Assembly (NCBI GenBank): GCA_002269645.1
Contig: NIVC01002707.1
Coordinates: 62,001-126,000, forward strand
DNA: 64,000 bases
From: Macrostomum lignano
Lineage: Eukaryota
Direction: 5' to 3'
The notes under the pieces: generated by a model
What the model saw: the letters and a program-made list of their open reading frames with translations, nothing else
Database searches by the model: none
Told to the model about the DNA's origin: nothing
Part shown: piece after piece, positions 61,801-64,000 of the stretch
Layout: each line of letters begins with the position of its first letter
Position numbering within the stretch: the first letter of the stretch is position 1
Made by a program: the position numbers and the translations under genes

Positions 61801-64000
61801 GTTTGCCGACCACTGAGCTAGACAGTAGATTTTAGCTGGCCTACATGGGCACTCACAACTATCATAGCGTTTGGGGGGAAGCAACTGTGTGACCCTTTCT
61901 GCCCTTGAAATGCTGCAAATGTGTTTTTTTGCTAAAAAGTAACAAGGTTTAGTTTAGTTGAGTACAGATACTGTTTATAGTATCTGTGATACTAACTAAT
62001 CACTAACTAGACCAGCGACTAGTGTCCACTTGTCATTTTGTGACCCCAACTGTTTACTGTTTACTGTTTTTTTTCGTTTTGACCAGGGACTTCTAGAGCT
62101 AGCACCACTGGACTGGAAGCGAAAAATGATGCTATTTTTAGGAGTCACTGTTTTGACCCAGCTAAAAGCAAAAATATTAGTCCTAAAAATATCTTTATTA
62201 CGCATTCTTATTTACGTAACTTTTTAGCAATAGGAAACTGGCAGATGGGCAAAGAACTCCATTCAAGCTTGCCATACTAAATGTAGTGGATGACGTGCAG
62301 CAAAACAAGTACGTGTATGAATAATGATATCGTAATAGTCTGGTAGGTATAAATGAGTTTTATCCATCCCAGGATCAGCAAGTCGGGATTCTGCGATCCT
62401 TACTACCAACACAGGGAGCACTGGAGATATGTAACATAAGTGACCTTACTACCTAACTAGCACAAAGTTCCTCAAAAATACAGATTTTGAGAAACTTGAT
62501 CTCGTTTTAAAGCTTAACTAATTATTCACAACTGACATGAGTTTCATTAGTAGAGCAGGAGCACAAGTTTATGCGACAGGAAGTCTCAAAACTCTTTCCC
62601 AACAAAGTTGAAGGAAACTGAAATAAAGATATAAATCGATGAAATACAATCGGGAATGGTTTGATTTAAGCGCTAGCATTCTAAAATATTCGAATAACAC
62701 GCATTAGTTAGCTGCAAACTTTTTATCTATTTACCCTGTACAAACCAACCCTCCCGGGTACAGGACAAGGCCAGCAACAGCCGGGCGACCTTGACGCGTT
62801 TTTTAGTCAGCCCAGGGGTAGTGCGCGAATGTACGCATATGTATGTACATTGGCTTTTATTTACCCACAGTCCGGTCTGAAGTGTTCAACCCAATCCAGT
62901 TCTGACTAACTAGCAAGCGCGAAGTCTGGGGTGGGTAGAAAAAAATGACGACCTTCTTCTGAACCGAAAACAACCGACCTTAGTTTGGTATGAATAATAC
63001 CACAGCCCCTGGCTAAATTCCTATTCTTGATACTTAGTTCTGTCTACCCCTTTTTCCTCTGTACAAGCATATTACACTGCGCACATTTACACTCAGCAAC
63101 AGCTAAAACCCCCGCCTCCCTAACTCACTGCCTGCCACTCTGCCCAAAAGTTTTTGCATGCCATCGGTGATTCAGAAATGTGCGAATACTGCCGCCGCCA
63201 CTGCCAGACAGATTAGCAGATTGGGGGGGGGAGTTGACGCAACACGCTGGTGGCGGTCCAATGAATCCATTGATGAGCCCATTGATGAACCCCATAGAAC
63301 TGCATATCTGGGACTTGCTATCTTTGACTTTGAAACAGTTATAGGCCTACAGATAGGCGGAATGAATCCATTTGTTTCAAGCCTATATTATTATTATAGA
63401 AACAATCTACATTTAAGAACGTAAAGAACTTTTATTGTCATCAACTTAGGTTCCTATTTTAGTTATATAGAAACTACTGAACTTACAAGACCAATGATTG
63501 ACAACTCGGTAATTGACTGGACGAGGACAGCCGACGCTGTGCAGGCAGCGAACGAACTCGTTGTTGCCGAGCACGCGCCAGATATCGTGCGACACGCGCG
63601 TCATCAAGCGCATGCACAGCACAACATAGTTGGAGTCGGTGAGTTCGACGCCAATCTTAGACAATGGCGAGCCAATAGGACCCATGGAGAATGGGATCAC
63701 GTACATCATGCGGCCTGCAAATTGGTTGGGTTTGGCGTCATCTCTACACTGTGCAACTGATATCTGAAATATTAATTTTATTGTATTAATAACTGACCAG
63801 CCATGCAGCCAGGAAATCGCTCTTGCATGGCGGCGTCCATATTTTCGGGACTAATCCAGTGGGCCAGCTGGGATGCAGCACCGTCTTTGGTGTGACACTC
63901 GGTGGCATAGCGATCAACTGAGCACACGACTGTGCGCGATTCAACGCGGGCAACGTCACGCGGATCAGTGCGACAGATGTAGGTGTTGGGGTACTTAGTG
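58897..64000 (-). CDS. PEPCK: Phosphoenolpyruvate carboxykinase [GTP], 5'-truncated by the window; exons 63798->64000, 63487-63714, 59652-60400, 58897-59385
   Basis: [126 protein letters not shown]. Splice phases are consistent. Confidence 0.97.
60615..60830. repeat. GA-rich ~52-bp tandem repeat in a PEPCK intron
   Basis: GAGAGGAGAGAAGAAACAGGAGTGGAGAGAGGAGAAAGGATAGGAGAGAAGA, ~3 copies. Confidence 0.8.
61353..61533. mobile_element. hAT-type MITE with 8-bp TSD, nested in an older hAT remnant in a PEPCK intron
   Basis: Ends CAGTGGCGCAACC / GGGTGCGCCCCTG. Flanks TGGCCTGT (61345-61352) and TGGGCTGT (61534-61541) match 7/8. Charlie-like ends (..TTGCCAACCTCTG 61605, GTTTGCTGACCTCTG 60960, GTTTGCCGACCACTG 61815) lie nearby. 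Confidence 0.7.

Noticed and set aside
59467-61815. hAT left end (CAGGGGTCGGCAAAC) and right end (GTTTGCCGACCACTG) bracketing a PEPCK exon, as if an exon had been captured
   Set aside because: Flanks match only 6/8 (CGTTAGAC vs AGCTAGAC), which is explained by shared Charlie-type target preference. The exon is a normal in-phase part of the gene, so independent intronic remnants are more parsimonious.

Overview
Eukaryotic, intron-containing animal DNA with GC3-rich exons, short AT-rich introns and very dense minisatellites. A free-living flatworm such as Macrostomum is my inference from composition and gene style, not something shown by the sequence. Five host genes were reconstructed exon by exon with consistent splice phases: an aminergic (Octbeta/D1-like) GPCR (+), PICK1 (-, 9 exons), ARID2/BAF200 (-, 7 exons, one 1-bp frameshift), GTP-dependent PEPCK (-, 5' end outside the window) and an F-type lectin gene nested antisense in PICK1 intron 4. 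There is also an intronless gene for a small secreted 6-Cys protein. Mobile elements: an ~9.7-kb Helitron with a 9-exon OTU-Rep-PIF1 gene carrying two lesions; a 2.76-kb non-autonomous MULE with a 9-bp TSD and minisatellite TIRs; a tRNA-derived CORE-SINE; a Tc1/IS630-like deletion derivative; and several MITEs. About 25 unrelated tandem arrays fill introns and UTRs. One of them is a ~39-fold amplification of a PICK1 exon/5' splice-donor junction. No prokaryotic systems or CRISPR arrays were seen. All calls are by eye; no searches were run.
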